From an uncultured Verrucomicrobiae bacterium (lineage in GTDB: Bacteria > Verrucomicrobiota > Verrucomicrobiia > Chthoniobacterales > Chthoniobacteraceae): a DNA stretch of 64,000 bases. The DNA is taken from the NCBI GenBank assembly GCA_963769025.1, contig CAVYKI010000010.1:192001-256000 (forward strand), written 5' to 3'. Numbering within the stretch: the first letter of the stretch is position 1; each line of letters starts with the position of its first letter. A program made the translations under genes and the position numbers. A model generated the notes under the pieces. The model was not told the DNA's origin and searched no databases. It saw only the letters and a program-made list of their open reading frames with translations. This document shows, piece by piece, positions 27,475 through 41,202 of the stretch.

Positions 27475-28176
27475 ATGATGCTCCGCGTTTCAGTTTTCCT
27501 TTTCGCCCTCGCCACCGTCACGCGTGCGGCAAATGCCGCTCCGCCGAGCAAGGTGAGCCGTGCCGAGGCGATGGCGACGGCGGAGGTTTACCGGACTTTC
27601 AAGTGGGTGCCGGCAGCGGCAAACGTGCTCCACGGACCCGATGCCGGACGCATCCGCGTGGATACACCGGACGCGGGATACAGGCCGGCGGAGCGGTTTG
27701 GCGGCTGGTGGGTGCCAGGCCTGCTCAACACCGGCATGCCCTACAAGTGGGGCGGCTTCGACACGCCGGAAACATTCCTTTCCGGCCTCGCGGAAGGGAA
27801 AGCCGCGGGCGATGTCTGCACGCCGGAAAAGCGACGAATGCTCGAGGCGGCGGTGAGCGCACACGCGGTGGGGATTGATTGCTCCGGCTTCGTCTCGCGC
27901 TGCTGGAATCTCCCGCGCGCGTACTCCACCCGCACGCTCACCAGCCTGTGCGACCCCATCGCCGATTTTAAAAAGCTCCAGCCCGGCGACATCCTCAACG
28001 CACCGAACTCGCACGTCTTCCTTTTCAAACAATGGACCGCGCTGGATCGCTCGCGGATGCAAGTTTACACCACCGGCTCGCCGCCGGTCTGGGCGGTGCA
28101 GGTCGGCCCGTTGCGGACAAAGCAGATGGCGCCGCTCGGCTACACCGCGTGGCGTTATCGCGGGATGAGGGATTGA
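27475..28176 (+). CDS. Exported NlpC/P60-like cysteine hydrolase
   Basis: Signal peptide; PYKWGG, GIDCSGFVSRCW and LQPGDIL...SHVFLF (Cys/His dyad). Confidence 0.72.
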   Translation: MMLRVSVFLFALATVTRAANAAPPSKVSRAEAMATAEVYRTFKWVPAAANVLHGPDAGRIRVDTPDAGYRPAERFGGWWVPGLLNTGMPYKWGGFDTPETFLSGLAEGKAAGDVCTPEKRRMLEAAVSAHAVGIDCSGFVSRCWNLPRAYSTRTLTSLCDPIADFKKLQPGDILNAPNSHVFLFKQWTALDRSRMQVYTTGSPPVWAVQVGPLRTKQMAPLGYTAWRYRGMRD

Positions 28177-28206
28177 AAGGCGCGCAGCCTGCGCGAAGGT
28201 GATCGG

Positions 28207-30420
28207 ATGCCGGCATTCCAACTTTCCTCGAAATACACACCGCAAGGCGATCAGGCGCAGGCCATCGCGAAGCTGACGAAGTCCATCTCGGCCGGCAACC
28301 GGCACCAGACGCTGCTCGGCGTGACGGGCTCGGGCAAGACGTTCACCGCGGCGAATGTCATCCGCGAAATCGAACGGCCGACGCTCGTCATCTCGCACAA
28401 CAAGACGCTCGCCGCGCAGCTCTACTCGGAGTTCAAGCAGTTCTTCCCGGACAACGCGGTCGAGTATTTCGTCAGCTACTTCGATTACTACCAGCCCGAG
28501 GCCTACATCCCGCGCACGGACACCTACATCGAGAAGGATTCGTCCATCAACGAGGAGATCGAGCGCCTGCGCCTCTCCACGACTTCGTCGCTGCTCTCGC
28601 GGCGCGACGTGATCGTGGTCGCGAGCGTGTCGTGCATCTACGGCCTCGCGCTCGCCGGAGGATTTTCTCTGAACATGCTGCTCACGCTGAAAGTCGGCCA
28701 GAAAATCGACGCGCGAGATGGTGCTCAGCGAAGCTCGTGGACATGCTCTACGAGCGGAACGACATCGCCTTCGAGCGCGGCCACTTCCGCGTGCGCGGCG
28801 ACGTGGTCGAGGTGCATCCGGCGAACGAGGACGAGAGGCGATCCGCATCGAGTTCTTCGGCGACGAGGTCGATCGCATCACGCGCTTCGATCCGCTCACC
28901 GGGCATGTGAACGAGCAGCTCACGATGATCGACGCTCTATCCCGGCGAAGCAATTCGTGACGCCGCAGCGACAAGCTGCGCACCGCGCTGGTGACGATCC
29001 GCGAGGAGATGCGAGGAGCGCATCATCTTTTTCGAAAAGCACGGGCAGCTGCTCGAGGCGCAGCGCATCAAGAATGCGCACGGAATACGATCTGGAGATG
29101 ATGCAGGAGATGGGCTTTTGCAGCGGCATCGAAAACTACTCGCGCCATCTGAGCGGCCGCCCGCCGGGCTCGCGGCCCTACACGCTGCTCGACTTTTTCC
29201 CGCGCGATTTCCTGCTCGTGGTCGATGAAAGCCACGCGACCATCCCGCAGATCGGCGGCATGTATGAGGGCGACGCGTCGCGCAAAAACGACGCTCGTCG
29301 AATACGGCTTCCGCCTGCCGAGCGCGCTGGACAACCGGCCGCTGAAATTCCCCGAGTTCATGGAGATGACCGGCCAGACGATCTACATCAGCGCGACGCC
29401 GGCGGAGTTCGAGATCCGGAACAGCGTCGTCGGCAACACGAAGTATCTGCCCGCGAGCCGCACGCAGTTTGGCGGCGCGATTGAAGTGCCTGATTTCGTC
29501 GTGAGCGCGAACACCGACGTGCGGCCGAGCGGTCGCCATCGAGCCGATCGACAAGTTCGACGTCCACACGCCGGGCGCGCCGCTCGTCGTCGAGCAGATC
29601 ATCCGCCCGACCGGCCTGCTCGATCCGCAGATCACCATCCGCCCGCTCAAGGCGCAGATCGACGAGACGCTCGAACTCTGCCGCCAGCGCATCGAGAAGA
29701 GCGAGCGCGTCCTCATCACCACGCTCACGAAACGCACCGCCGAGGATCTCAGCGATTACCTCGGACGTCGGCCTGCAAGGTGCGCTACCTGCACAGCGAC
29801 ATCGATACGATCGAGCGCGTGGAAATCCTGCGCGCGCTGCGCGCCGCGGAGTTCGACATCCTCGTCGGCATCAATCTGCTCCGCGAAGGCCTCGACCTGC
29901 CCGAGGTCTCGCTCGTCTGCATCCTCGACGCCGACAAGGAAGGCTACCTCCGCTCGCAGACTTCGCTCATCCAGACCGCCGGCCGCGCCGCGCGCCACGT
30001 GAACGGCGCAGGTCTATCTCTTCGCCGACATGGTGACGAAGAGCATGCAGGCGCTGCTCGACATCACCGAATACCGCCGCGCGCGGCAGATGGAATACAA
30101 CGAGAAGCACGGCATCACGCCCACGCAGCGTGCAGCGCGCCGTGCAGGAAAGCCTGCACACGATTTTGAAAGGCCGCGAAATCGAATCCTCGGTCGTGAA
30201 CGAAGCCGGCGGCAATTTCTCCCTCAGCGAAACGCTGCGCGAACTGGAGGAGGAAATGATGCACGCCGCCGCGAATCTCGAATACGAAAAGGCCGCGCTC
30301 CTCCGCGACCAGATCGGCGAACTCAAGGCCGGCACCGGCCTCTCAAAGATCGAACCGAAGAAGCGCCCGGTCTCCTACGGAAAGCCGAAACGCGGCGCAG
30401 GCTCAAAGGCGCGGGCGTAG
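28207..30420 (+). CDS. uvrB: Excinuclease ABC subunit UvrB, many frameshifts (probably sequencing errors)
   Basis: [83 protein letters not shown] and the C-terminal UVR domain ([11 protein letters not shown]), spread over all three frames. Confidence 0.95.
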
Positions 30421-30491
30421 CGCGCCGCGCCCGTCTCCGCGCCCGTCCGCGTTTGTAACGCGGTCCGAGCAGGCCCGGGAGTGCTCGTACC

Positions 30492-30531
30492 AAAAGCAAA
30501 ACGCGCGAGGGCTTTCGCACCTCGCGCGTTT
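30492..30531 (-). terminator. Rho-independent terminator after rplL
   Basis: Minus strand AAACGCGCGAGG-TGCGAAAGC-CCTCGCGCGTTT followed by TGCTTTT. Confidence 0.8.
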
Positions 30532-30582
30532 GTGAAAGGAATCGTTCCGGCTCGAAAACCGGGTGGTTCCAGAGTGAGGAGA

Positions 30583-30969
30583 CTACTTGATCTCGACCTT
30601 GGCGCCTGCGGCCTCGAGCTTCTTCTTGATGTCTTCGGCTTCGGCCTTGGTCGCGCCTTCCTTGACGGTCTTCGGGGCGCCCTCGACGAGAGCCTTGGCA
30701 TCGGCGAGGCCGAGGCCGGGCACTGCGGCGCGGACTTCCTTGATGACGTTGATCTTGTTCGGGCCGGCTTCCTTGAGGACGACGTCGAATGCGGTCTTCT
30801 CTTCTGCGGGTGCGGCGGCTGCGCCTCCGCCACCGGCGGCGGGTGCTGCAGCGGCCACGGGGGCCGCGGCGCTCACGCCCCACTTGGTTTCGAGCTGTTT
30901 GACGAGATCAGCGACTTCCAGGACGGTGAGTCCGCTGAGCTGATCAACGATGGTGTTGATGTCTGCCAT
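30583..30969 (-). CDS. rplL: 50S ribosomal protein L7/L12, stand-alone
   Basis: [24 protein letters not shown], Ala/Gly hinge, [29 protein letters not shown] and GAKVEIK. Confidence 0.97.
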   Translation of the reverse strand: MADINTIVDQLSGLTVLEVADLVKQLETKWGVSAAAPVAAAAPAAGGGGAAAAPAEEKTAFDVVLKEAGPNKINVIKEVRAAVPGLGLADAKALVEGAPKTVKEGATKAEAEDIKKKLEAAGAKVEIK

Positions 30970-30992
30970 GATGTGTTTGTTTTCTTGCGGTG

Positions 30993-31132
30993 TCGTCGCC
31001 ACCCGAGGCTTCGGGCGAATTAAGGCCGGCTGCCACCAGCCCGACGAGGAACCATGTTTGGTTGTTTCCCTTTTGGACGGCCACCTTGCGGCGACCGTTT
31101 CCCACCGGATATGGCAGCGGTAGAAAAAGGGA
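30993..31132 (-). ncRNA. Candidate structured cis-regulatory 5' leader of rplL (two three-way junctions)
   Basis: Six helices can be paired by eye (see findings), including a GCAA-tetraloop hairpin. The structure starts at the predicted transcription start. Confidence 0.5.
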
Positions 31133-31137
31133 CGCGG

Positions 31138-31165
31138 AAACTAGTGGACTGCCCCGGGGTGTCAA
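31138..31165 (-). promoter_or_regulatory. Sigma70-type promoter for rplL
   Basis: Minus strand TTGACA (31165-31160), 16 nt, TAGTTT (31143-31138). Confidence 0.65.
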
Positions 31166-31278
31166 GCGGGCTTTTCCAGCGCGGGAAAGGCAGGACTCTC
31201 CGAAACGGTCCGCCAAGCGCATTCAGGGCGATTGACACCGGGATGACGGAGTTGTCTATTTCGCCAAAAGCTACTCCC

Positions 31279-32763
31279 ATGCACGACGACCTCCAGACCG
31301 AACATCACGCGGGACAAGAGCCGCAGCTCACGTGGTTTCAGAAATTCCAGCAGAAGCTCGCCGAGTCGCGATACTTCATGCTTTCCTGCGTCATTCACGC
31401 GGTGATCGTGATCCTCGCGGGATCGATCGTGCTTTATAAGGCAATTGTCGAGCCGCCGGATTTTGTCGCCGAGGGTGGTGACGGGCTGATTTCCGCGACG
31501 GACGATCTGACGCCGCCGCCGGAGACTCCCGCGGACGCAGTGCCCACCGAGCAGGTCGCACCGCAGGCACCGAACATTAACAGCCCGAACATCGACGTCA
31601 TCAGCACGACGGCGCAGACGAGCAGTTTCAAGGTCGCCCCGGCGCAGGTGCAGGTGAAAATCAATACCAACGCCTCCGATCTCGCGAAGGCGACTGGGAA
31701 TATCTCAAAGGCGATGGCCGGCGGGATGGGCGGTCTGCCTGGCACGATGCGCGGTCGCATGGGCACCGGCAGGGCAAAGGCGATGGATCAGAACAAGATG
31801 AAGTCGAAGACCGAGATGGCGGTAGTCAAGGGACTCAACTGGCTTCAGCAGAATCAGAATTCCGACGGTTCCTGGGGCGACGCCACCAAGGGCGCAATGA
31901 CCGGCCTCGCGCTGCTTTGCTTCCTCGGCCACGGCGAGACACCCGAGTCCCAGCAATATGGGCTGACGGTGAACCGGGCCGTCCAGTGGATCCTGGACAA
32001 CGGGACGAAGAACGAAGGCCGCCTGCACATGGCCAAGGCATTCAGCCAGTCCGGGGTCTATGAACACGGCATCTGCACCTACGCCCTCGGCGAGTATTAC
32101 ACGATGACCAAGGACGAACGCGTCGCGGAGCTGTTCAAGCAGGCCATCACTTACATCGTACAGGGGCAGGGCCCCGGCGGTGGCTGGATGTATTCCTACG
32201 ACAAGACGGCGGATGACCTCTCGGTGGGCGGGTGGCAGATCCAGGCGCTCAAGGCCGCGCACCTCAGCCAACTCAACATCTCCGGAGTCGATCAGGCACT
32301 CGACAAGGCCATCGCCTACATCGAACGCGTGAAAGGCCCGAAAGGCGGCTATGGATACCGCGAAGCCGCTGACAAGTACAGCCTCACCGGCGTCGGCATC
32401 CTCTGCCAGCTCTTCTGGAAAGGCGACCGCGGCGCGCTTCGCAAAGGCATGGAGTGGCTGCTCGACGAAACCGAGAAAAGCAAGCCCGTGAAGTACAAGG
32501 GCGAAGATGCGGACCTTTACGCCTGGTACTATCACACACAGGCGTGCCTCATGTTCGGCGGAAGCGCGTGGACCAAATGGAACCGCTGGTTCCAGGACGA
32601 GATCTGCGACGCTCAGAAAGAAGACGGAAGCTGGCCGGTCCCCGGCGGCAAAGCTCACGGCCCGCAGGCTGGTGAAAACATGACCGGCGCCGTGTACCGC
32701 ACCACGCTCTGCGTCCTGATGCTCGAGGTCTTCTACCGCTACATGCCGACGACACAGGGCTAG
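31279..32763 (+). CDS. Membrane-anchored prenyltransferase/squalene-oxidase-repeat (terpene cyclase-like alpha-barrel) protein, paralog 1
   Basis: N-terminal TM (YFMLSCVIHAVIVILAGSIVLY), low-complexity linker, QW-like repeats QNSDGSW, QGPGGGW and QKEDGSW, and terminal LEVFYRY. Confidence 0.82.
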   Translation: MHDDLQTEHHAGQEPQLTWFQKFQQKLAESRYFMLSCVIHAVIVILAGSIVLYKAIVEPPDFVAEGGDGLISATDDLTPPPETPADAVPTEQVAPQAPNINSPNIDVISTTAQTSSFKVAPAQVQVKINTNASDLAKATGNISKAMAGGMGGLPGTMRGRMGTGRAKAMDQNKMKSKTEMAVVKGLNWLQQNQNSDGSWGDATKGAMTGLALLCFLGHGETPESQQYGLTVNRAVQWILDNGTKNEGRLHMAKAFSQSGVYEHGICTYALGEYYTMTKDERVAELFKQAITYIVQGQGPGGGWMYSYDKTADDLSVGGWQIQALKAAHLSQLNISGVDQALDKAIAYIERVKGPKGGYGYREAADKYSLTGVGILCQLFWKGDRGALRKGMEWLLDETEKSKPVKYKGEDADLYAWYYHTQACLMFGGSAWTKWNRWFQDEICDAQKEDGSWPVPGGKAHGPQAGENMTGAVYRTTLCVLMLEVFYRYMPTTQG

Positions 32764-32788
32764 GACTCCACGACTTCGCACCCCAAGC

Positions 32789-32825
32789 AAGGCCGCGCCT
32801 CACATCAGGCGTGGCCTTTTGCTTT
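32789..32825 (+). terminator. Rho-independent terminator between the paralogs
   Basis: AAGGCCGCGCCT-CACATC-AGGCGTGGCCTT followed by TTGCTTT. Confidence 0.75.
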
Positions 32826-32927
32826 CCCGTCCGCTGTCCCCATGGGCGGCATCGATTACAAAGAGGTTAGCATGCCCTTCGCCGATTGACTGTCCGCACG
32901 GGCGCGCTCTGCTCTGCAGCAACTCCC

Positions 32928-34397
32928 ATGGCTACCTCCCTCCAGAACGGCCCGGAAAACGGGCTCCCCGATCACGAATCCCCCATCACGCGGTTGCGTC
33001 GAAGAATCGCCGAGTCGCGCTACTTCATGATGTCCCTGCTCGTTCACACGATTCTCGTGATCATCGCGGGTTCCATCGTGCTCTTCCAGACGGTGATGCC
33101 GGTGGAGGATTTCGTCTCCGCAGGCGCGGTCCCGGGAGTCGAGAATTTCCCCGCTCCCATCGAGCAGCCTCCCGAACATCCCCGCACGCAGGAAGAGTTT
33201 CGTGCGCAGCTCCCGGAGACCGGCGTCCCCGGCGTCAATCCCATCACCACGCAGGCACCTGTGCCGTTCGTCTGGAAACCCGGCACGCACGCGGGTCCGA
33301 TCGTCAGGCCGCCCAGCGTGCCGGGTTCCGACCTTCCGCGTGGGCTCGCCTCCGCCACGCCCGCGGGGATTCACTCGACTTTCATGCCACGTTTTGGCGA
33401 CGCCAAAACCACCATCGGCAAACAGAAAGGAATGACCGATAGGTCGCAACTCGCCGTGCAGCGGAGCCTGAAGTGGCTCCGCGACAATCAGAACGCCGAC
33501 GGCTCGTGGGGCGACGGCAACAAAGGCGCGATGACCGGCCTCGCCCTGCTTTGCTACCTCGGCTACGGCGAACTGCCCGACTCGAAGGACTACGGATACA
33601 CGATCAACGCCGCGATTCAGTGGCTCGTCGAAACCGGAACGAAATTCGAGGGCCGCCTCGGCATGGAAAACGCCTTCACGCAAAGCGGCGTGTATGAGCA
33701 CGGCATCGCCACCTACGCGCTCGGCGAGTACTACGCCCTCACGCACGACAAACGCGTACTGGAACTCCTCACGCAGGCCGTCGCGCACATCGTGCGAGGC
33801 CAGGGCCCCGGCGGCGGCTGGATGTATGGCTTCGACAAGACCGCCAACGATCTTTCCGTGGGCGGCTGGCAGATTCAGGCGCTCAAGGCCGCACATCTCA
33901 CCGGGCTCAAGCTCCCCGGCGTGGACCAGGCGCTCGACAAGGCCATGAGCTACCTCGAAAGTGTGAAAGGTCCGAAAGGCGGCTACGGCTACCGCGCTGC
34001 CGAGGATCGCTACAGCCTCAGCGGCATTGGCATCCTCAGCCGGCGCTTTTGGAAAGGCGAACGCGGCGAACTCCGCAAAGGCATGGATTGGATCCTCGAC
34101 GAAACCGCGAAAGCGCACCCCGTGAAGTACGCGAGCCAAAATGCGGATCTCTACGCGTGGTATTATCACACCCAGGCCAGCCTCATGTTTGGCGGCGCGG
34201 CGTGGACGAAATGGAACCGCTGGTTCCAGGATGAACTTTGCAACGCGCAAAACACCGACGGCAGTTGGCCCATCCCCGGCGCAAAAGGCCACGGTCCGCA
34301 GGCCGACGCCGGGCGGACCGGGCAGGTGTACCGCACCACGCTCTGCACGCTGATGCTCGAAGTCTTCTACCGCTACATGCCCACCAACCAGGGCTGA
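32928..34397 (+). CDS. Membrane-anchored prenyltransferase/squalene-oxidase-repeat protein, paralog 2
   Basis: Same architecture as paralog 1; shares long exact blocks (DLSVGGWQIQALKAAHL, DLYAWYYHTQA, WTKWNRWFQDE, MLEVFYRYMPT). Confidence 0.82.
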   Translation: MATSLQNGPENGLPDHESPITRLRRRIAESRYFMMSLLVHTILVIIAGSIVLFQTVMPVEDFVSAGAVPGVENFPAPIEQPPEHPRTQEEFRAQLPETGVPGVNPITTQAPVPFVWKPGTHAGPIVRPPSVPGSDLPRGLASATPAGIHSTFMPRFGDAKTTIGKQKGMTDRSQLAVQRSLKWLRDNQNADGSWGDGNKGAMTGLALLCYLGYGELPDSKDYGYTINAAIQWLVETGTKFEGRLGMENAFTQSGVYEHGIATYALGEYYALTHDKRVLELLTQAVAHIVRGQGPGGGWMYGFDKTANDLSVGGWQIQALKAAHLTGLKLPGVDQALDKAMSYLESVKGPKGGYGYRAAEDRYSLSGIGILSRRFWKGERGELRKGMDWILDETAKAHPVKYASQNADLYAWYYHTQASLMFGGAAWTKWNRWFQDELCNAQNTDGSWPIPGAKGHGPQADAGRTGQVYRTTLCTLMLEVFYRYMPTNQG

Positions 34398-34409
34398 GCG
34401 CAGGCCGGC

Positions 34410-36521
<2,112 letters not shown>

Positions 36522-36657
36522 CGTTATCCGCAATACGCGCACCCCCGCGGCGATTCATCAAGCACTTCATCCGCCGGATGCCCAACGGATGTTTACGCAA
36601 TGCTCCGTGAACAGCACGCGCCCCAGATACCCGGACAGCGCACCGAACTGAACGATG

Positions 36658-38034
36658 CTACGGCAATTCCTTGATGAAAATGTTCCGGAACTGCACGAGC
36701 GCCGGCGGGCTGGTCCAAACACCGTCCTTTTCCGCGCCGTGATGCTGCAGGCCGATGCGACCGCTCGCGGGAAAGCCCGGGATTTTCACGCTGGGAACCA
36801 CGGCCTTGCCGTTCAGCACGGTGCGGATGGTGCCGTTGTTCACGGTGATTTCGTAGCGGTTCCATTTGCCGATGGGATTGTCCGCACGCTCGCGCGGCGT
36901 CACGCCTGCGCGCACCTCGGGCGGCATCGCCTGGTCGCGGCGGACGCCGTACATTTCGCCGGAGCCGACGGGCCAGCACCAGATGTTCACCTGGTACTTC
37001 TGGTCGCCCGCGAGCAGGATGCCGGAGTCGGAATCCTTCACGGGATACAGGACGGGCTTGCCGTCCGGGCCGAGTTCCTCCGAGCCGTCGGGGAGCACCT
37101 TCACGGCGCGGGGATTCAGGTACGGAGTCTCCTTGATCCGCCAGTCCACGATCAGCGTGTAGTTCTTGTATTCCTTTTCCGTCCACAGGTGCTTGTCGCC
37201 CTTTGCTTCGCTTTTTGCGTCGTAGTCAATGACTCCGCCTGCGACCTTCCAGTGGCCGTTGTCGCCCTCCGGCACTTTCCATCCGGTGAAATCCACCCCG
37301 TTGAAAAGGGACACGAAGCCCTCGTACGGATTCGCCGTCTGCTCCGGCGGCGTGTTCGAGGGCGGCAGTTCCTTGATGTAGATGTTCTTGAAATGGCACT
37401 CGGCACCTTCGCTCTCCAGCGCGAGGAATCCCTTCCGCGGCACGCAGTCCTTCGCAGTGGTGACCTCCTTGCCGTTCACTTCGAGGCGGATCTCGCCCTT
37501 GTCGCAAGTCACGCGGTAGTGGTTCCACTCGGGCGAGCTCTTGCTGCGCTCCTCGATGGGGAAACTGCGGTTGCCCTTGCCGTCATTGGAGATTTTTCCC
37601 AGCGGCGTCATCGTCGCGCCCCAGATGGGAAAAAGATCTCCGTGCGTGGTGAAGCCCACGTTCTTGCCCTTCGCGCCGTAGCCATTGTCGAGCACCTGCA
37701 CCTCGATGCTGCGCGTGTAGCCCGTGCCCATCGCGGGGATGCCGTCGCCCCACACAAACATGCCGCTGTTGCCGCCGCTCTTCATGTGCCGCCATTCGCA
37801 CTCCACGATGAAATTTTCCAGCATCCGCTCCGTGCGCATGTAGCCGGTCGGCACGCCGCTGATGATGATCATTCCGTCGCGCACCGTGTAGGTGTCCGGC
37901 GCGACATTCACCGGCACCCAGCCGGAGAGATCCTTTCCGTTGAAGAGCGCCTTGAAACCCGCGGGCGGTTCATTGTCGGCGGCGTGGAGCGCAAGGCTGG
38001 TGACGAGGAGGCAGAGACAGGGGGGCAGTTTCAT
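36658..38034 (-). CDS. Exported protein with two DUF1080 (3-keto-disaccharide hydrolase-like) domains
   Basis: Signal peptide; two repeats starting GFKALFNGKDLSGW and GFVSLFNGVDFTGW and ending FKNIYIKELP and FRNIFIKELP. Confidence 0.88.
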   Translation of the reverse strand: MKLPPCLCLLVTSLALHAADNEPPAGFKALFNGKDLSGWVPVNVAPDTYTVRDGMIIISGVPTGYMRTERMLENFIVECEWRHMKSGGNSGMFVWGDGIPAMGTGYTRSIEVQVLDNGYGAKGKNVGFTTHGDLFPIWGATMTPLGKISNDGKGNRSFPIEERSKSSPEWNHYRVTCDKGEIRLEVNGKEVTTAKDCVPRKGFLALESEGAECHFKNIYIKELPPSNTPPEQTANPYEGFVSLFNGVDFTGWKVPEGDNGHWKVAGGVIDYDAKSEAKGDKHLWTEKEYKNYTLIVDWRIKETPYLNPRAVKVLPDGSEELGPDGKPVLYPVKDSDSGILLAGDQKYQVNIWCWPVGSGEMYGVRRDQAMPPEVRAGVTPRERADNPIGKWNRYEITVNNGTIRTVLNGKAVVPSVKIPGFPASGRIGLQHHGAEKDGVWTSPPALVQFRNIFIKELP

Positions 38035-38229
38035 GGGGTTCAATGTTGGCATTTCACCCACCACCGACGAACACGTTTCCGAGGATATTTCGCGTTTGCC
38101 CCTGTGCATTTTCGCTGCGCCGCTGCGAAATGCTGAGCGCTGCGCGGGAAGCCGCATTCCATCAGGCGTAATTTCACCGTCGCCATCCGCGCAGATTCAA
38201 CCTTCAAGTCGTATGACTTCCACCCTCCC

Positions 38230-40407
<2,178 letters not shown>

Positions 40408-40434
40408 CCGTTGACGGTGGGCGGCAGACTCAGA

Positions 40435-41202
40435 TTAACGCGGCGCCACGCGCGCAAAGTCGGCCTTGCGTATCCAGCCCGTGCGATCGCCATCGGCGCG
40501 CACGTAGAGGTAGTCGCCGCGCTCACGCTCCACGCGGGCCATTTCCCCGGCGGGCAGCTTTACGAGCGTCTCCGCCTCGCGTGTCGGCGTCAGTCGGAGG
40601 GGGGTCTCATCTTCGAGCACCACACCGAGGCGCGAACGTTTCCACGCTCCAAACAATGCCGGCCCGGACAAGATGAAAACCGCGAGCAGCGCGGCGGCAA
40701 CGCCTTGATGCCAGTCCGCACGTCTCCACCCGAGCAGCCGCGGCAGGAAGAGCAGCGCCACCCCGCCCCATAGGGCCGCCGAGGCGATCACAAGCCACCA
40801 AGCGCCGGGGAGCGCGGCCGAGTAGCGTTCGTGCCACTCGAGCGAAGGCGCATCCACGCGGGCATTGTGCCGGGCAAAGCGAAGGTTGGCCGCGGTGTTG
40901 CGGCTGAAGGGATCCATCAGCAGCGCGCGCTCCCATGCGAGGATGGCGTGGCCGTGGCGGCCGACCTTCCACTCCGCGTCGCCGAGATTGTGCAGCGCGC
41001 CGCTGGCGAAATGGCCGTCGTTCACCAGCTCGCGCAGTTCGTACACCGCGTCACCGAATTCCCCGGCGGCGTACGCTGCGGATGCCTTGCGGAAACGCTC
41101 ATCCGGCGTCGCCGCTGCAAGACCCTGCGCCGTGATCGCCGCGAGGAAAAGCGCGAGGAGCGCTGCGAACCGGAACCCTTGTGGCGGAAGGGTCGTCTTC
41201 AT
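40435..41202 (-). CDS. batE: BatE-like TPR + SH3 membrane protein
   Basis: Signal peptide, TPR (HNLGDAEWK...AILAWERALLMDP...ANLRFA), two TM helices and an SH3-like C-terminus (GDRTGWI). Confidence 0.78.
   Translation of the reverse strand: MKTTLPPQGFRFAALLALFLAAITAQGLAAATPDERFRKASAAYAAGEFGDAVYELRELVNDGHFASGALHNLGDAEWKVGRHGHAILAWERALLMDPFSRNTAANLRFARHNARVDAPSLEWHERYSAALPGAWWLVIASAALWGGVALLFLPRLLGWRRADWHQGVAAALLAVFILSGPALFGAWKRSRLGVVLEDETPLRLTPTREAETLVKLPAGEMARVERERGDYLYVRADGDRTGWIRKADFARVAPR

Noticed and set aside
28207..30420. uvrB as a true pseudogene or a programmed-frameshift gene
   Set aside because: Many scattered, mostly inserted bases with intact motifs and no slippery-site pattern; sequencing error is more parsimonious.
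31232..31262. Plus-strand sigma70 promoter starting at TTGACA 31232
   Set aside because: Perfect -35, but no TANNNT at 16-18 nt spacing, so it is not called as a feature.
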